Notes under the pieces: model-generated
Told to the model about the DNA's origin: nothing
Databases searched by the model: none
What the model saw: only the letters and a program-made list of their open reading frames with translations
Shown here: positions 49,638 through 63,100 of the stretch, one piece after another
Layout: each line of letters opens with the position of its first letter
Position numbering within the stretch: the first letter of the stretch is position 1
Translations under genes and position numbers: made by a program
Origin: Chrysemys picta bellii
Taxonomy: Eukaryota
Assembly (NCBI RefSeq): GCF_011386835.1
Contig: NC_088800.1
Location: forward strand, 558,001-622,000
Reading direction: 5' to 3'
DNA length: 64,000 nt

Positions 49638-50859
49638 GACTCTGCTGCACCCAGGAAAGCCAGCTCCCTCTACTCCCTGCTGGGGGGAGGTCTGGGTTCT
49701 GGCAGGAGATGGGCTCCACGGGGGGGGAGGGTGTCCTTGTGGGGGAGGGGGGTGTGCATCTCCATCACATGGGAAAGGCAGAGAGCTGATCCTGTGAGAT
49801 GCCCTTGAGTGTGGTGGCTGGGCAGGGCCAGAGCCAGCCCTGAAACCGCTGCCCCAGCCTGGAGCGGAGCAAAGGAAGGCAGGGAGAAGGGGCTTGGTGC
49901 CGAGGGAGGGCAGGACAATGCTCTGCATGGCCCTGTGGGCAGCAGCCTGGGGCAGGGGCGGGGAACAGGCCTGTCTCGGGCCAGGCTTGCTTGGTGCTGC
50001 AGTGCCCTCTGGCGAGCACTGGAGAGTGTCGTGCCGGCTCCTGGTAGCCTTAGGAGGCAGGCTGGGCTGTGGAGCTGAGTGGCAGGGGCTGTGGAGCTGA
50101 GTGGCAGGGGTTGTGCCCAGGGGTTGTGCCTGCTCTTCAGGCACAATGGCTCATCAGCCAGAGGAGGAGATGCTGCCCCAGGCCGTCACTGGTGGCACTG
50201 GGCAGTACCCAGGGTCACAACCCAGGTGCTGCGGGGAATGCGGTGCACAGGTTGTCTGTTGAGACAAGCCTGGTCTCTGGCTGAAGAAGAATCAAGCTGT
50301 GTGTTCCTGTGAGCTGTGCCTTATCCCTGTTCTAGAGATGGAGGAACTGGGACCAAAGCCCCCTTCCCAGAGTAGCAGTGCTGACCTCTAGCCCATGCCT
50401 CTTTGCTCTCCTGATGCTAGCAGACGGGGGAGGCACCAGTAACAGCTGGCCCCAAAGGAACTGCTGCCGTGGGCAAGAGCAGATGGGAATCCTGTAAACT
50501 GGATGGAGGAGCTCAGATCTATAAAGAATCCAGGCTCTGCTATCCGTTCCCTGTCTGCCACTGCTGACCACCTCCTGCAGCGAGCTGAGGGGAAGCACTC
50601 CCCACAGCAGCACAGGCCAGGCAAGGTCTGCAGCTTGGCGGCTGGTTCTTGAGTTGCCCCAGACCCAGCCTGCTTGTTGGAGGTCGGAGGCTCCCGCATG
50701 GTGCAGTTAGCCTGCATCAGCACCCCAAGGGAAAAGGGGAGGCAGGCTGGTGGGGCACTTTGCTGTGCAGTGGAGGGGGGGCAGCCACAGCTAGGGGGAA
50801 GGGGGTGGAGGGCTGAATCAGCACCTGCTGCCAAGAGTACAAGGGTCTGCTACTTCCTG

Positions 50860-50865
50860 TTTAAT
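50860..50865 (-). terminator. Candidate polyA signal (ATTAAA) of CATSPER2
   Basis: TTTAAT on +, ~210 nt past the stop. Confidence 0.45.
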
Positions 50866-51072
50866 CTAGCCCAGGTCTCAAGACCGCCTCTAGGGCCAGC
50901 TGCCTTGAGCCTGCAGCAGGATTGGAGCGGGAATGCGGAAGTCCGGGAGGGAGGGGTCGGGACAGCTGTTCCCGCAGGCAGTTCTGTAGTTCGCTCTGCA
51001 GCGTAGTGATGCTGACTTCTTCCCTTGTGGGACGGGCTCTCCTGCTGCACTGAGCCCCTTGGACGTGGCTCC

Positions 51073-51104
51073 CTACTTGTCCTCCATGTTCAATAAGGCC
51101 ATGA
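51073..51104 (-). CDS. CATSPER2: CATSPER2 last coding exon
   Basis: (V)[12 protein letters not shown]. Confidence 0.9.
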
Positions 51105-54100
51105 CTGTAGGAAAGGAAGGTAGAAGAGGTCTGGGTGTTTGCTGCTGGTGAAGTAATGGCCCTGTCCCCCAACCACAGGGGCTTATCAGCTTGTAGCGAA
51201 TTACGTAAGTGGAGGAGACACAGTCCTGCAGAATGGCAAGGGCCAACCACTCCTGTGTTCAGATCTCTGCAGCTAGCGGCTTTCTGCTGGTCGGGAGCTG
51301 CCATGGTCCTGGAGCACCAGCCCCTCATGCAGCTGTACTGAGCAGCGGGGTGGAGAGGTGCTGATCGAACAGCATGACAGGCAGCTGAGGCTACATGGCA
51401 CAGCGATTACATGCTCAGGAGATGCTAAGTTGGGAGGAGCTGCACATCCCAGGGAGGTCAGAGAAATAAATGGAAGGGGTAGACAATCCAATGCAGTTCA
51501 GCCCGGGAGGATGCTCGTGCCAGGCCATGGGGCAAAGGCAGCGCCACTGTGGGCTCTGTGTGCAGAGCAGACCCTGCCCTGAGGTGGCGGCCCCTGGACC
51601 AGTCTCTTCCATTCTGGGCACCTAGTTATGAATGGGGGACAACTAGCCTTCCTGGCCAATAGCAATGGGCATGCCCTGCCCCAAGAGCAAACGGGTGGGA
51701 GCAGGCCTGGGGCATGGAAATTGCCTTGCAGGGAGCCCTGTTCCCTAGCTGGGGGGTTGTTTCACTGGTGCTGGGGGGAGGGAGGGCTGAGCTGAGAAGA
51801 ATGAAATGCTGCCGGCAGAAAGGAGGCCAGGCAGTGTCTCAAAGGAGGGGCAGGCGCACATCTTCCCTTGTTGGGCTTGCTCGCCCATGTGTGCTTAGGA
51901 ACCTGCCCCCCTCACCCTGCTGTTTGCCTCCGACTCACCTGCATAATGCTGCAGCCTCTTGCGCTCTTCCAGGTTGTGCTGCAGCTGCTCCAGCAGTTCG
52001 AAGTAGCGGAAGAGGGAGTCGCTGGGCCACACCACCTGCCCATCCTCATTTACCGCCACTAGGCTCTGCAGGTTCTGGTGGATGTATGTCTCCCAGTCCA
52101 CTGTCAAAGGCAAAGGCTGCAGCTTCAGGACTGGCAAAGGCCCCCCTCAATTCCCGTGCATCTCCTGCATGGTGGGATGAGATTCCTGCCCTGCTGTGAG
52201 GGGAGGTAAAGGGCCCTTCGGTCTCGAACGCCCCCTCCCCTTGCACATGGAACAGGGACTCCTGCTGCTGGGGGAAGGAGAGTGGTTCACTGTGGACTTC
52301 CCTTCTGCTGCTCTCTGCCCCTGCGCCCAAGCCTTGGGTGTGGTGCGCCCAGGAAGGGGTATCCCCAGGCTGCAGCCTCCCCAGCACAATGAGATGCAGA
52401 ACAGAAGCAGCGTTAGCTCAGCACCACTCTGCTCAGGCTCCTGCAGCTAGGCGAACGCTCCCCCTGCCCTAGGTGGGGCACGGGCACTTACAGTCCTTCA
52501 CGCTCGACTTCACTACCACCTTGTACTCCGACTGCGGCTCACTAGAGGTTGCCTCTGCTCCTGGGCCCACCTCTGAGCCTGGGGCTTGAGACCTGCTGAA
52601 GAGAGAGGAACCCAACGTATCGCTGGAGAGAAACGCTGCTGGTTCTAAACCCCACCACGGATGGCGACCCAGGTCAGCCGCAGCCCTGGGGCTGGCTCAG
52701 CCGTGGCCTGGAATAAAGGGCTTGGCAGGCAAGGTGTCCAGGTCCAGCTAGGGTGGGTGTGGGCGCAGGGGCTGTGCCCTGAGAGCCCTGTATCATATGC
52801 AGGTGCCTGTGCCCAGGGCTGAGTTTTCTGAGTTAAGGCCAAACCCTGCGGTCCCTGCCCTTCTGAGGACAGGGTGCTATGGTGAATGCAGGGGGGCTGT
52901 ACCCACTACTCTGGGGGACAGGTGCCTCAGGACTCACCCATCATTGCCCTACCTTAATGCTTATGGATGCCCACGCTCACCCCAAGGGCATCTCTGCAAA
53001 CCTCAATTGGAAGCAGCAGAGGAGAGCTAGGGATGTTAGTCATCCTGTGATCAAGCATGAGCTATCAGTGATGCACTGCAAAAAAAGGCAAATCCGCTCC
53101 TAGCAGGCAAAGTATTTCCAGCAGAGAGAAGTATTCATGCCAGTGCATGAGGCACTGTGTACAGTTCTGGTCGCCCATGGGCAAGAAAAATGAATTCAGA
53201 CTGGAACAGATGCAGAGAAGAGCTACTAGGGGAACGGAGGTCCTGCCTTATGAGAGGAGACTGGATGAGCTGGTCTTGTTTAGCCTGGCACAATGAAGGC
53301 AGAAAGGGGCTATGACTGCTGGCTATAAATCCATCAGGAAGATCAGCACCAGGGAGGGCGAAGGGCTATTGAAGCTAAAGGACAATGTTGGCACAAGAAC
53401 AAATGGGGATAAACTGGCCAAGAACAAATTCAGGCTGGAAATTAGAAGGTGGTTTCTAGCTATCAGAGGGGAGAACAAAGGATGGGGAGGGAGAAGATGG
53501 GGGAATAATAAGGACTTGGCTTTTCACCCAGGAACTAAGGAAGGAGCGAGCCTTAACTGGGCTTCACGGCAGCGGGGCTGGTGAAGTGCTCTGGGCTGAC
53601 CAGCATGGACCTTCATTTCTCTGCTGCCCGAAGGCCTCCCTAGGCGTGTCCAGGTGACTATAAACCTGCCTGTTTTCACAGCGTGTCCCTGCAGCCGCTG
53701 GGCGAGGTGCTTAGTCCCTGCAGAGTGGGCGAGTCTCTGCCAGGCTGTCGCAGTTGGACTCACTAGCAGAGCTCCTGCTGTGAAGCTGGAGCCCCAGAGG
53801 TTGTCTCCAGAGGTGGTGAGAGCGTGTGGCCAACCCTGAAGGCAGAGTGAGACCCCCAGAGGATCTGGCTCACCAAAGGGGCTCCTCCAAGAGACTGTTC
53901 CAAAGCTAGGGGCATAGCACCAACCCTGTGGATCTGTGCCAAGGGGCTTTTGCTTTCCCCTGCAGCGTGAGTGTGGGTCACTTGCCCAGATTATCTGGGT
54001 ATATCTCCGACCGTAACCCCCCGGTATTCACACCCTACACACTATTGTAATAGTCTTTGTACGAAATGTGCCTTGTGAGGTATCATTTGAAAACTACTAA

Positions 54101-57100
54101 CTTCCTGATCATTCGTATTCTTGTGATGCATGTACACGGTGTGGATTGAGTTATGGATACGTGCTACAGTTGTGACTAAACTGGGCATGCTGGGGGAGTC
54201 TGCTCTAGACAAAGGAATGTGTAGTTGATTCTCTGGCCAGCCTGGCCTTCAAGCAAGGACAATGAAGGTCCATTTTTACACATCAGGTAGACAAAGCTAT
54301 TAAGCTAATCCCTGGAGGAAGAAAGAGCATGGAGCTTCCTTCACCACCAGACTCCCTGTCGCCTTCCGCAGCTTGAATGAACGTCACTTTGAGGGGTGAC
54401 CTCAGAAAAGTTCATTGCAAAGATTTACTGGTCTGTAAAGAGCCTGAATGATCAGCAATGGAATCGGCTGACTGAATACAGTATCACTGTATTACAAAAG
54501 TCTCAAGTGAGGTCTCTTCTGGAATGCCACGCTGGTGAATAATATCATCGTGAGATGTCTGTATTAACCCTGTATAAGGAATCTGGATACTTAATGATAT
54601 TGTGCTTTAAAGTCTGTGGCCAATCAGGGAGAAAAAGGATCCCTCCCAGACCAAGGGAAGACACCTGTCTACCCGTCTCAAAACAACGGCAGCCCCATTT
54701 ACGTGCAGGGGGTGGGAAGCCCACAGGAAGCGGGGAAGTAGCATAAGGCCACGTGCCTCTTGAAACAAAGACATTGAACTTTGCGAGCTATATGCACGGA
54801 CAGATACTGTCTTTGGCATGTATCAGTGGACAGACAGAGTGGAACAGAACTCGTGCAAACAGAGAGAGGCCCTTCAGCCAAGCAGGAGTTGAAGTCTCTG
54901 GGAACTGAGGCTGTGTCTACACTACACAGCTTTTAGCAACATGGCTGTATCACTACAGATGTGCTGCTAAAAGTTGGGCAGTGTAGCCGCGGTTTGTCAG
55001 CTCTCCTGCCGCCAAAAAACTTCCACCCCCAACGAGCGACATTTGCGTTGTTGGCAGGAGCACTCCTGCCAACAACGTGCTGTTCTCACTGGGGCTTGTC
55101 ATGCCAAAACTTTTGTCTTTTGGGGGGAGGGGAGAGTTAACACCTCTGAAAGACAAAAGTTTTGTCGTTCAAATGCCAGTGTAGACATAGCCTAAGTGTA
55201 GGTGATAAACCTTCTTAGGCAAAGATCTTTCACCTAGAAAGACAAGGGTAACCAGCACCTGGTACTTCTGTGGAAGGTTCTGACAGGGAAAGTCAGCCAT
55301 GATGGCAAAGATGAATGACTGGTCAGAGACAACAGCTTGAACAAAGCCTGCAGCTTGCTGGATTAAGCTTGAGACTTTTAGATGTGTGTTGTAACCCTTC
55401 TAACTTTATTCCTGTTAGTTGGCATCACTGATCCTAGGACCTATTGTTAATACTTACTTTTTATTATTATTTTTACTGTAACCCAACTCAATGCTGTGTG
55501 TGTAGAAGAGGGTGTATTTACCCCAGTAAATGTGCTGTGATGTTCTTTTGTGTCTTGAGGAACAAACAAGCCATATTATGTCTCTGACCTGTCCAGGAGA
55601 GGGCTGGACATTACAGAGCACATGGATGGGGGAAGATTTAGGACTGGGTGTACGTTGGCATCACTCTGCAAGTAGCACCCACGCCTGGTAGAGAGCAGGG
55701 ACCGTGACTGGAGTGGAGCTGGCAGGCTGCTGGGGTCAGAGCTGCTGGACCAGGGCTATGAAGCACGCAGACACTGCGGGGGCTGACTGTGAACATGCTG
55801 GGCAGGGAGTTACAGTAGCAAAGCATTTGAGACCCCCAGGGTTACAGGGCAGGTGATGACTCAGCCCCTTGCTGCTCTGGATTGCACCCTTGACCCTGTA
55901 ACCATCTCACATAATCATCTCCTGCCACTGCAGGGGCCGTGGGCACTGGCGCCCCTTGGTCCCTCCTGGGTTCTGCCGGGGCACAGAACAGATGCGTCTC
56001 CTGGGGGCTGTCATACTTTGGTCTGATGTTGGTGGCGGGGGGGGACCAGTGGCCTGGGATGCACAGGAGGGCAGACTAGAAGGTGTGGTCCCTGGCTGCT
56101 AGGGGAACTCCCAGACCAGCCTGAAATGTGGTGGGTGCTGTGCTCACTCACCTGTCTCTAATCTGTATTTTAAATAAATCTGCTTTCTTCTGGGCCTCTA
56201 TCTGCTTCACCTCTTCAGCCAGGTCATTCCGGATAGTCTGGAAATTAGTCACTGACAAACCCAGAGCCCCCATTAAGCCCGGGGGATCCTGAGGGTCTTA
56301 GGAGGGACAGTGGGGGCATGGAGGCTCCCTACGGACTATTACCCTTCCTTGTACCATTGCTGCATGGAGCCCACTAGACTTTATGCCTGGTGAGCTGGGA
56401 TCTAGGGCAGCATCTAGAAGGTTATTTTAAAAACAGGGTTTATTTCTGCATTGTCTATTACCATATGAATATCAAATTGTACCTTCTTTTTGCTGGCGGT
56501 CTCCCTGGAGTACCACAGGGCTGGGCTGGGATTCCTTCAGCCCCTAACCAAAGGGGTAGGGTGTTGAACCTTTGGCACCAGTCCTCCCAGTTTCATAGAA
56601 TATCAGGGTTGGAAGAGACCTTAGGAGGTCATCTAGTCCAACCCCTGCTCAAATCATTCCAGCCAGGGCTTTGTCAAGCCTGACATTAAAATCCTCTAAG
56701 GAAGGAGATTCCACCACCTCTGTAGGCAAACCCATTCCAGTGCTTCACCAACCTCCTAGTGAAAAAGATTTTCCTAATATCCAACCTAAACCTCCCCCAC
56801 TGCAACTTGAGACCATTACTCCTTGTTCTGTCATCAGGTACCACTGAGAACAGTCTAGATCCATCCTCTTTGGAACCCCCCTTCAGGTAGTTGAAAGCAG
56901 CTATCAAATCCCCCCTCATTCTTCTCTTCTGCAGACTAAACAATCCCAGTTTCCTCAGCCTCTCCTCATAAGTCATGTGCTCCAGACCCCTAATCATTTT
57001 TATTGCCCTCCGCTGGACTCTTTCAAATTTTTCCACATCTTTCTTGTAGTGTGGGGCCCAAAACTGGACACAGTACTCCAGATGAGGCCTCACCAATACC

Positions 57101-60100
57101 GAATAGAGGGGAATGATCACGTCCCTCGATATGTTGGCAATGCCCCTACTTATACAGCCCAAAATGCCATTAGCCTTCTTGGCAACAAGGGCACACAGTC
57201 GACTCATATCCAGCTTCTCATCCACTGTCACCGCTAGGTCCTTTTCTGTAGAACTGCTGTCTAGCCATCAGTCCCTAGTCTGTAGCAGTGCATGGGATTC
57301 TTCCGTCCTAAGTGCAGGACTCTGCACTTGTCATTGTTGAACCTCATCAGATTTCTTTTGGCCCAATCCTCTAATTTGTCTAGGTCCCTCTGTATCCTAT
57401 CCCTACCCTCCAGCGTATCTACCACTCCTCCCAGTTTAGTGTCGTCTGCAAACTTGCTGAGAGTGCACAGTCCACGCCATCCTCCAGATCATTAATGAAG
57501 ATATTGAACAAAACCGGCCCCAGGACCGACCCTGGGGGCACTCCGCTTGATACCGGCTGCCAACTAGACATGGAGATGATTCAGTTAAACAGGTGTGACC
57601 GAATCACAATCCCCACCCCACAATTACTCTGCTTTCCTGTGCCTGGTCCCTGTCCTGCTGGGATTCTAGGAGTTTTCTAGTTGTCCAGAGAGTCTGCAAG
57701 GACCGGGGCAAGACATGCCCTGAGTTTATAAGGCGAAAGCCCCCCATATGAGCCTAAACCAGGTGCCACCAGAAGCTGAGAAGGGCCCATACTTTGCTTT
57801 GCAGGGGAACTAGATGTAGCAATAGTGAGCCACCATGGGCAGAGGGCTTTGCATGGGGGCCGCCAGACCCTACTGCATGCCAGCATGGGAGGCTGTAATG
57901 TTCCTGCAGCCTTGGCAGTGTGCGGGGCCTAGGCACTTACCCATAATTGCCACAAAGAAGTTCCTGAACATGAAGGATCCAATCAGCAGCCAGAGGATGA
58001 TGTAGAGGCTGCTGATGACCTTGTTCATCTCGGGTATCTTCCAGGTATCCTGGAGCAGGGCGTACCAGTGATCCATGGTGAAGAGGATGAAGAGTGTCAC
58101 CAGCGTGTTGGGGAGATCCCTGCAGGCAGAGAACAGCTTCAGGGCATGGTGCTTTGACCATGAGGCCTAGTGATGCCTGCGGGATCCAAGTTGTCTCTGG
58201 GCCACCTGCTGCTTTGCTGGTGATCTCTCGGCTGAGTCCAAGTGCAGAGGCAGTGGTGATGAGTGCTGCATGCTGCAGAGGAGGGGGCTGGCATCAGTTA
58301 GTTGTGGCCCTTATTCTGGGAAGGTGACAGCGTGACACTCAGGTGAGCAGTTTGCTTGGCCCCAGCATTCAAAAAAAAAGGCGCCACCCGCTGCGGCGCT
58401 TTTACTCACCCGGCGGCAGGATCTTCAGTGCTGCCGAAGACACCCGGAGCGAGTGAAGGGCCCACCGCCGAAGACCCAGAGCGCCGCCGGGTGAGTAAAA
58501 GCACTGCAGCAGGTGGTGCCTTTTTTTTGATCGCTCCCCCGTTCCCTCCACCTGGCTACGCCACTGCCCCCCTCACATGGAGGTCTAGACTAATATGGTC
58601 CAAGTCAGACACTGGCCAGGGCTTATGAGCTGCAGCCTTGTATCAATGCTACACGGCACCATGACTGCCCTCGGCATCTCCAAGAGCACCAGCAGTTCCA
58701 GAGTTAGACCACATACGTACACCGGAGTCTGAGGGGCGAGGTGGGTGCCATCAAGCACAAAGACCCGCTTTTGGCAGCTGCTAGGCCTTGCGGGTGTCCC
58801 ACGGGAGCCCAGCACCCATCAGGGCCCAGCTGTAAAGTGTCAGTGTATCCCCCAGCCCGCATCCCCACTGCTCCGCTCCTTCCAGCTGGCTCTGCCGCCC
58901 CATGTCCTCCCGGAGGTTGGGAGATCACCCCGCTGAGGAGCAGGAATAGAAAGGTGAATGAGTAGGACAGCAACCCCTATAGCCAGAGGGAAGAGGGTGT
59001 CTTGCTGCTGGGTGACAGGGCATTCCACTACCATAAGCAAGGAGATGTACCTGAAATACATGCTGTACTCCAGGTCGGTGCGGTCTGACCGACTGTAGCT
59101 CTTGAAGAAGAAGATGCCAGACACGGCAAACACGTAGAAGAAAACCACCAAGAGCAGCAGGATGAAGGTCATGGCCTGGGCAAGGGAGAAGCAGAGAGGA
59201 GCCGGGGCTGATGCTGCCCAGGGAGCTTACAGTCTAGATTAGACATAGTACAGCAAGGATGCTGCTCAACAAAGGGGTGGGCTAGGCCAAGGTCTCCTGG
59301 GGGTGGGGGGGTTGTTAAAAATTAACCTGTGTGTGAGCAATAGGGGCTGGGGTTCCATAAACAGGGCAGGTGGCAGTGCTGGGAGGCCAGTGCTATGTGC
59401 CCAGGGCAAGGCTGAGTGCTGGGAGACTAACCAACAGGAGGGAGTTTGGCACACATGCAGCTCCCCGCAAGCCCTGGCACCTGTCTCAGCATGCCCCCAC
59501 CTCACCGGTCTTGTACCTTCAAGGTCTTTGCTATTGCCAGGATGATCACCCGAACTTGCCGGAATTTGGAGAAGAGCTTTAAGGTGCGGAGGACGCGAAA
59601 GGCCCTGATGATTCTCATGGCAGCTATCTTGTTGGTTATGCCAATGAAGTCCAGGAACTCGGGGACCACAGACTATGAGCCAAGGGAACAGAGCAGCAAG
59701 ATGACCATGCTCAGGTTATGCTGCCCTGCACAGTCAGGCCATGCCACACCCCACCTGCCCCCTCCCCACACACACAGCCACTTAACAGGGCATCAACCCA
59801 CCACCACCCCTCTGCATTGCAGCCTTCTCCCCCAAGATTTGAGCCAGGCTGGCAGGGAGTGTAAGAGGGACCGGCTCTGAGTCGGCGCCCCCAGAATCAT
59901 GGCTTTAAAAATAATAAATTCTGGGTTCTGTCTTTGCTTTCTAAGTTCTGAGCCTTTAGGGGTCACATTTTCCAGCTTTTTCTCCCTAACCAGAAACTTC
60001 CCTTTTACTTTTTTTCTTATAATGAAAGCTGAGTTTCACAATCACATGACTCCAGGAGCTGGGGCCAGAAGAGACACCACATAGCCCAAAGTGCTGATGC

Positions 60101-63100
60101 TGGAACTGGGTGATGGACTGGAACCCCTAGAGGGCAGATGTAAGCATCACAAAACCACTGGTAGTTTTGAGGCATTTGGGCACCACAATACATGACCAAT
60201 AACGAGCCTGAGTAGCCAAAGAGGAGCAGTCTCTGTCCTGCATTGGGACCCCTTGAGAAAGCCCCCTGAACTGTGAGTCCCACCAGACCTTTCTGGGCAC
60301 AAGGCTACTCGAGGTGATGAAGCAACAGGGAGCTAGTCTTGTGGTCCATGCATTGCCCTTTGCTTCCCCTCCCCTGTTGACTCCCCCGTGTCTCTCACCA
60401 CCACAGTAACGCTGAAGTCGAAGACATTCCAGCTGCTTTTCCAGAAGCCTCTGAAACTGACAATCCAATTCAGCAAAATCTCCATGATAAAAATGAGGAG
60501 GATGACCCAGACAGTCACCTCTAAGGTGAGCTTCAGGCTCACCAGGCTGGCATCCATCTTGTCCATCACCTCTGGGAAGCACAAGATACAGTTGCTGAAG
60601 CCTGGCTCCAGCAAAGTGTTGACTGGGGAACGGAAATACCATGAAGGGGGGACGGACAGAAACTCCTTGTGTATCACTGACTATTCGACATGTCCAGCCC
60701 CAGCTGAGGATCCTGCCATGCTCAGTCAAACTGGACCTGGAGTCGGAGGGCACCAGTTGAGAAGCACTAAGTAACTGGTCTCTGGGAACTCGCAGCACTC
60801 AGGCATTTGCTGGCTGTGCCCTGTGGGGCAGACTGTTCAGGGTGCACGTTGCTGCTCCATACACTCCTAGGGTGCTAGTGGCGGTGGTACCCTGCCTGGT
60901 AACGTTTAGCATAGTCAAGTCCTTCTCCTCTGGCCCTGGAAGCGGCTCCTCGCTAGTGGAGACTGGAGATGTGAGGACTCTTGGGGGAGGTGGGCACAGG
61001 AGAGGCCTCAGCAACTCCCTCCCCCACATCCTGTCTCAGTCAGCCCAAGCTTGGATTGTGGCCTCCTTGCACCAGGGACTTCAATCTCTGCCAGGCACCA
61101 GAGCCTCTATAACAAGTGGCGCACTGTAGAAGGACGTCGCCCTAGTGAAAAGGGCTGAGTGGGGGCTGAGTGCCTAAGCCCTGTGGGAGACAGGGACATG
61201 GAGGGGAGACAGCACCAGCCAGGAGTGGAAAGAGCTGGGAGAGGTGAGACTTTGGGCAGGGGAATGAGCTCGTGGAAGGAACTGGTGTCCAGTAATGAAG
61301 GGCTCTGAGCTCTCCACCTCTATGTCACTGGCTCTAGGCCAGGGCAGCAGTGATTGAGAACAGTCACCATCTGATGGCTAGTTGGTGGCTTAGCTGAAAT
61401 TAGATGGTGCTCTGAATTCAATACGTCGTGGACAGGTGCCTACACCACAAAACCACCATAACTTGGTTCTCATTGGCAGCCTCCTTGCTCCAATTATGAA
61501 CTGGCCCAAGAGACCCCTCTTGCCTCTGGAGGCAGGCTGCAGGGGCCTGGGCCCACAAGCACTATATATGCTTGGGCACAGAGGGGCTCAGCTCCCAAGG
61601 CTGCCAGGCTGGCACTACTTGTACGCGCATGGAGGCCCTGTCTCCCTCTCACCGCTCTTGATCATAAGAACCAGCATGTTCAGGAAGATGAGACAGATGA
61701 TGAAGCTTTTGAAGATGGTACCTGGGGTTTCTTGCTGAGAAATATTCAAAAAACTGTGTTATTCCGTCAGACTCTACAGGGGCTGGGGCATCTACGCTTG
61801 AGAACTCAGAAGACAATGGGTAGTATCCAGAGCAGCTCTACTGCTGAAGTAACAGAGCTCCACACACAACCCCCAAAGGAGCACAGCATCCCATAAAGCC
61901 CAAATTCCAGCACAAGCATCCTAACACACCCTCAACATTGTGCCTCAGCCTCTGGACCGGCAGACAGGAGATCATGAGCTGTTTGCCCATGTCAGAGGAA
62001 AGGCATGTGGAGAAACAACCATCCACCTCTAGCTTGGAGCCTCAAAGTGCCCATTTCCTGGCCTTTATCTCTACCCTGACCACCGTCCCCATGGCACTTA
62101 CCCCACCCCTCATTAGGCAACAACAATTCAGATTTCATCCACTAAATTGGACTTTATATACAGGTGGGAAGCACTGACCAGTAGAACAGAGGTGGGCAAA
62201 CTATGGCCCGCGGGACTGTCCTGCCCGGCCCCCAAGTTCCTGGCCCGGGAGGCTGTCCCCCCCCTCCCCCCCGCAGCCTCAGCTCTCTCCGCCGCCAGCG
62301 CAATGCTCTGGGCGGTGGGGCTGTGAGCTCCTGGGGCAGCAGAGCCCGGCCTGACCCGGTCTCTGTGCTGCGTGGTGGAGGCGGCGGTGGCATGGCCTGG
62401 CTCCAGCCAGGTGGTGCGGCTGTAGCACCACCAGCCACCGGTGCTCCAGGCAGCACGGTAAGGGGGCAGGGAGTGGGAGGGTTGGATAGAGGTCTGGGGA
62501 GTTTGGGGTGGTGGTCAGGGGTGTGGATAGGGGTCGGGGCGTTCGGGGGGAAACGGGGTTGAATGGGGGCTGGGGGGGAGTCAGGAAGAAGGGGTGGTTG
62601 GATGGGGCAGGGGTCCCGGGGGGCAGCCAGGAAGGAGGGGGGTTGGATGGGGTGGCAGGGGTCCGGGGGCGGTTAGGGGACAGGGAGCGGGGGTGTGTGG
62701 ATGGGGCAGGGGTCCCGGGGGGGGGGCCATCAGGGAACGGGAGGGTTGGATGGGGTAGGAGTCCTGGGGGGGTGGGGAGTGGAAGATAGGAGGTGGGGGC
62801 CAGGCCATGACTCCCTCCCCTAACCGGCCCTCCACACAATTTACAAAACCCGATGCGGCCCTCAGGCCAAAAAGGTTTGTCTGCCGCTGCACTAGAACCA
62901 CAGAATACAGAGATGGAAAAGATTTATCCAGCCCCCTGCCGGTCAACTCTCCGCTTTGTCCAGTCCCAAGCTACTGGGATTCCATCACTTCTCTTGCAGC
63001 TGATTCTGCCTATCACACTTAGGGTCTATTTTTTCCTTCTCTTCATACCAGCCCCCCTGACTCGCCCAATGGCAGAGTCAGTCCTGATTTGTCAAAGGAT

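Noticed and set aside
55911-56000. Possible extra symmetric 90-nt CATSPER2 exon (RRICSVPRQ...)
   Set aside because: Open and phase-compatible, but the acceptor is weak, no similarity is recognisable, and the donor lies at the edge of a probable LTR; not annotated without cDNA.
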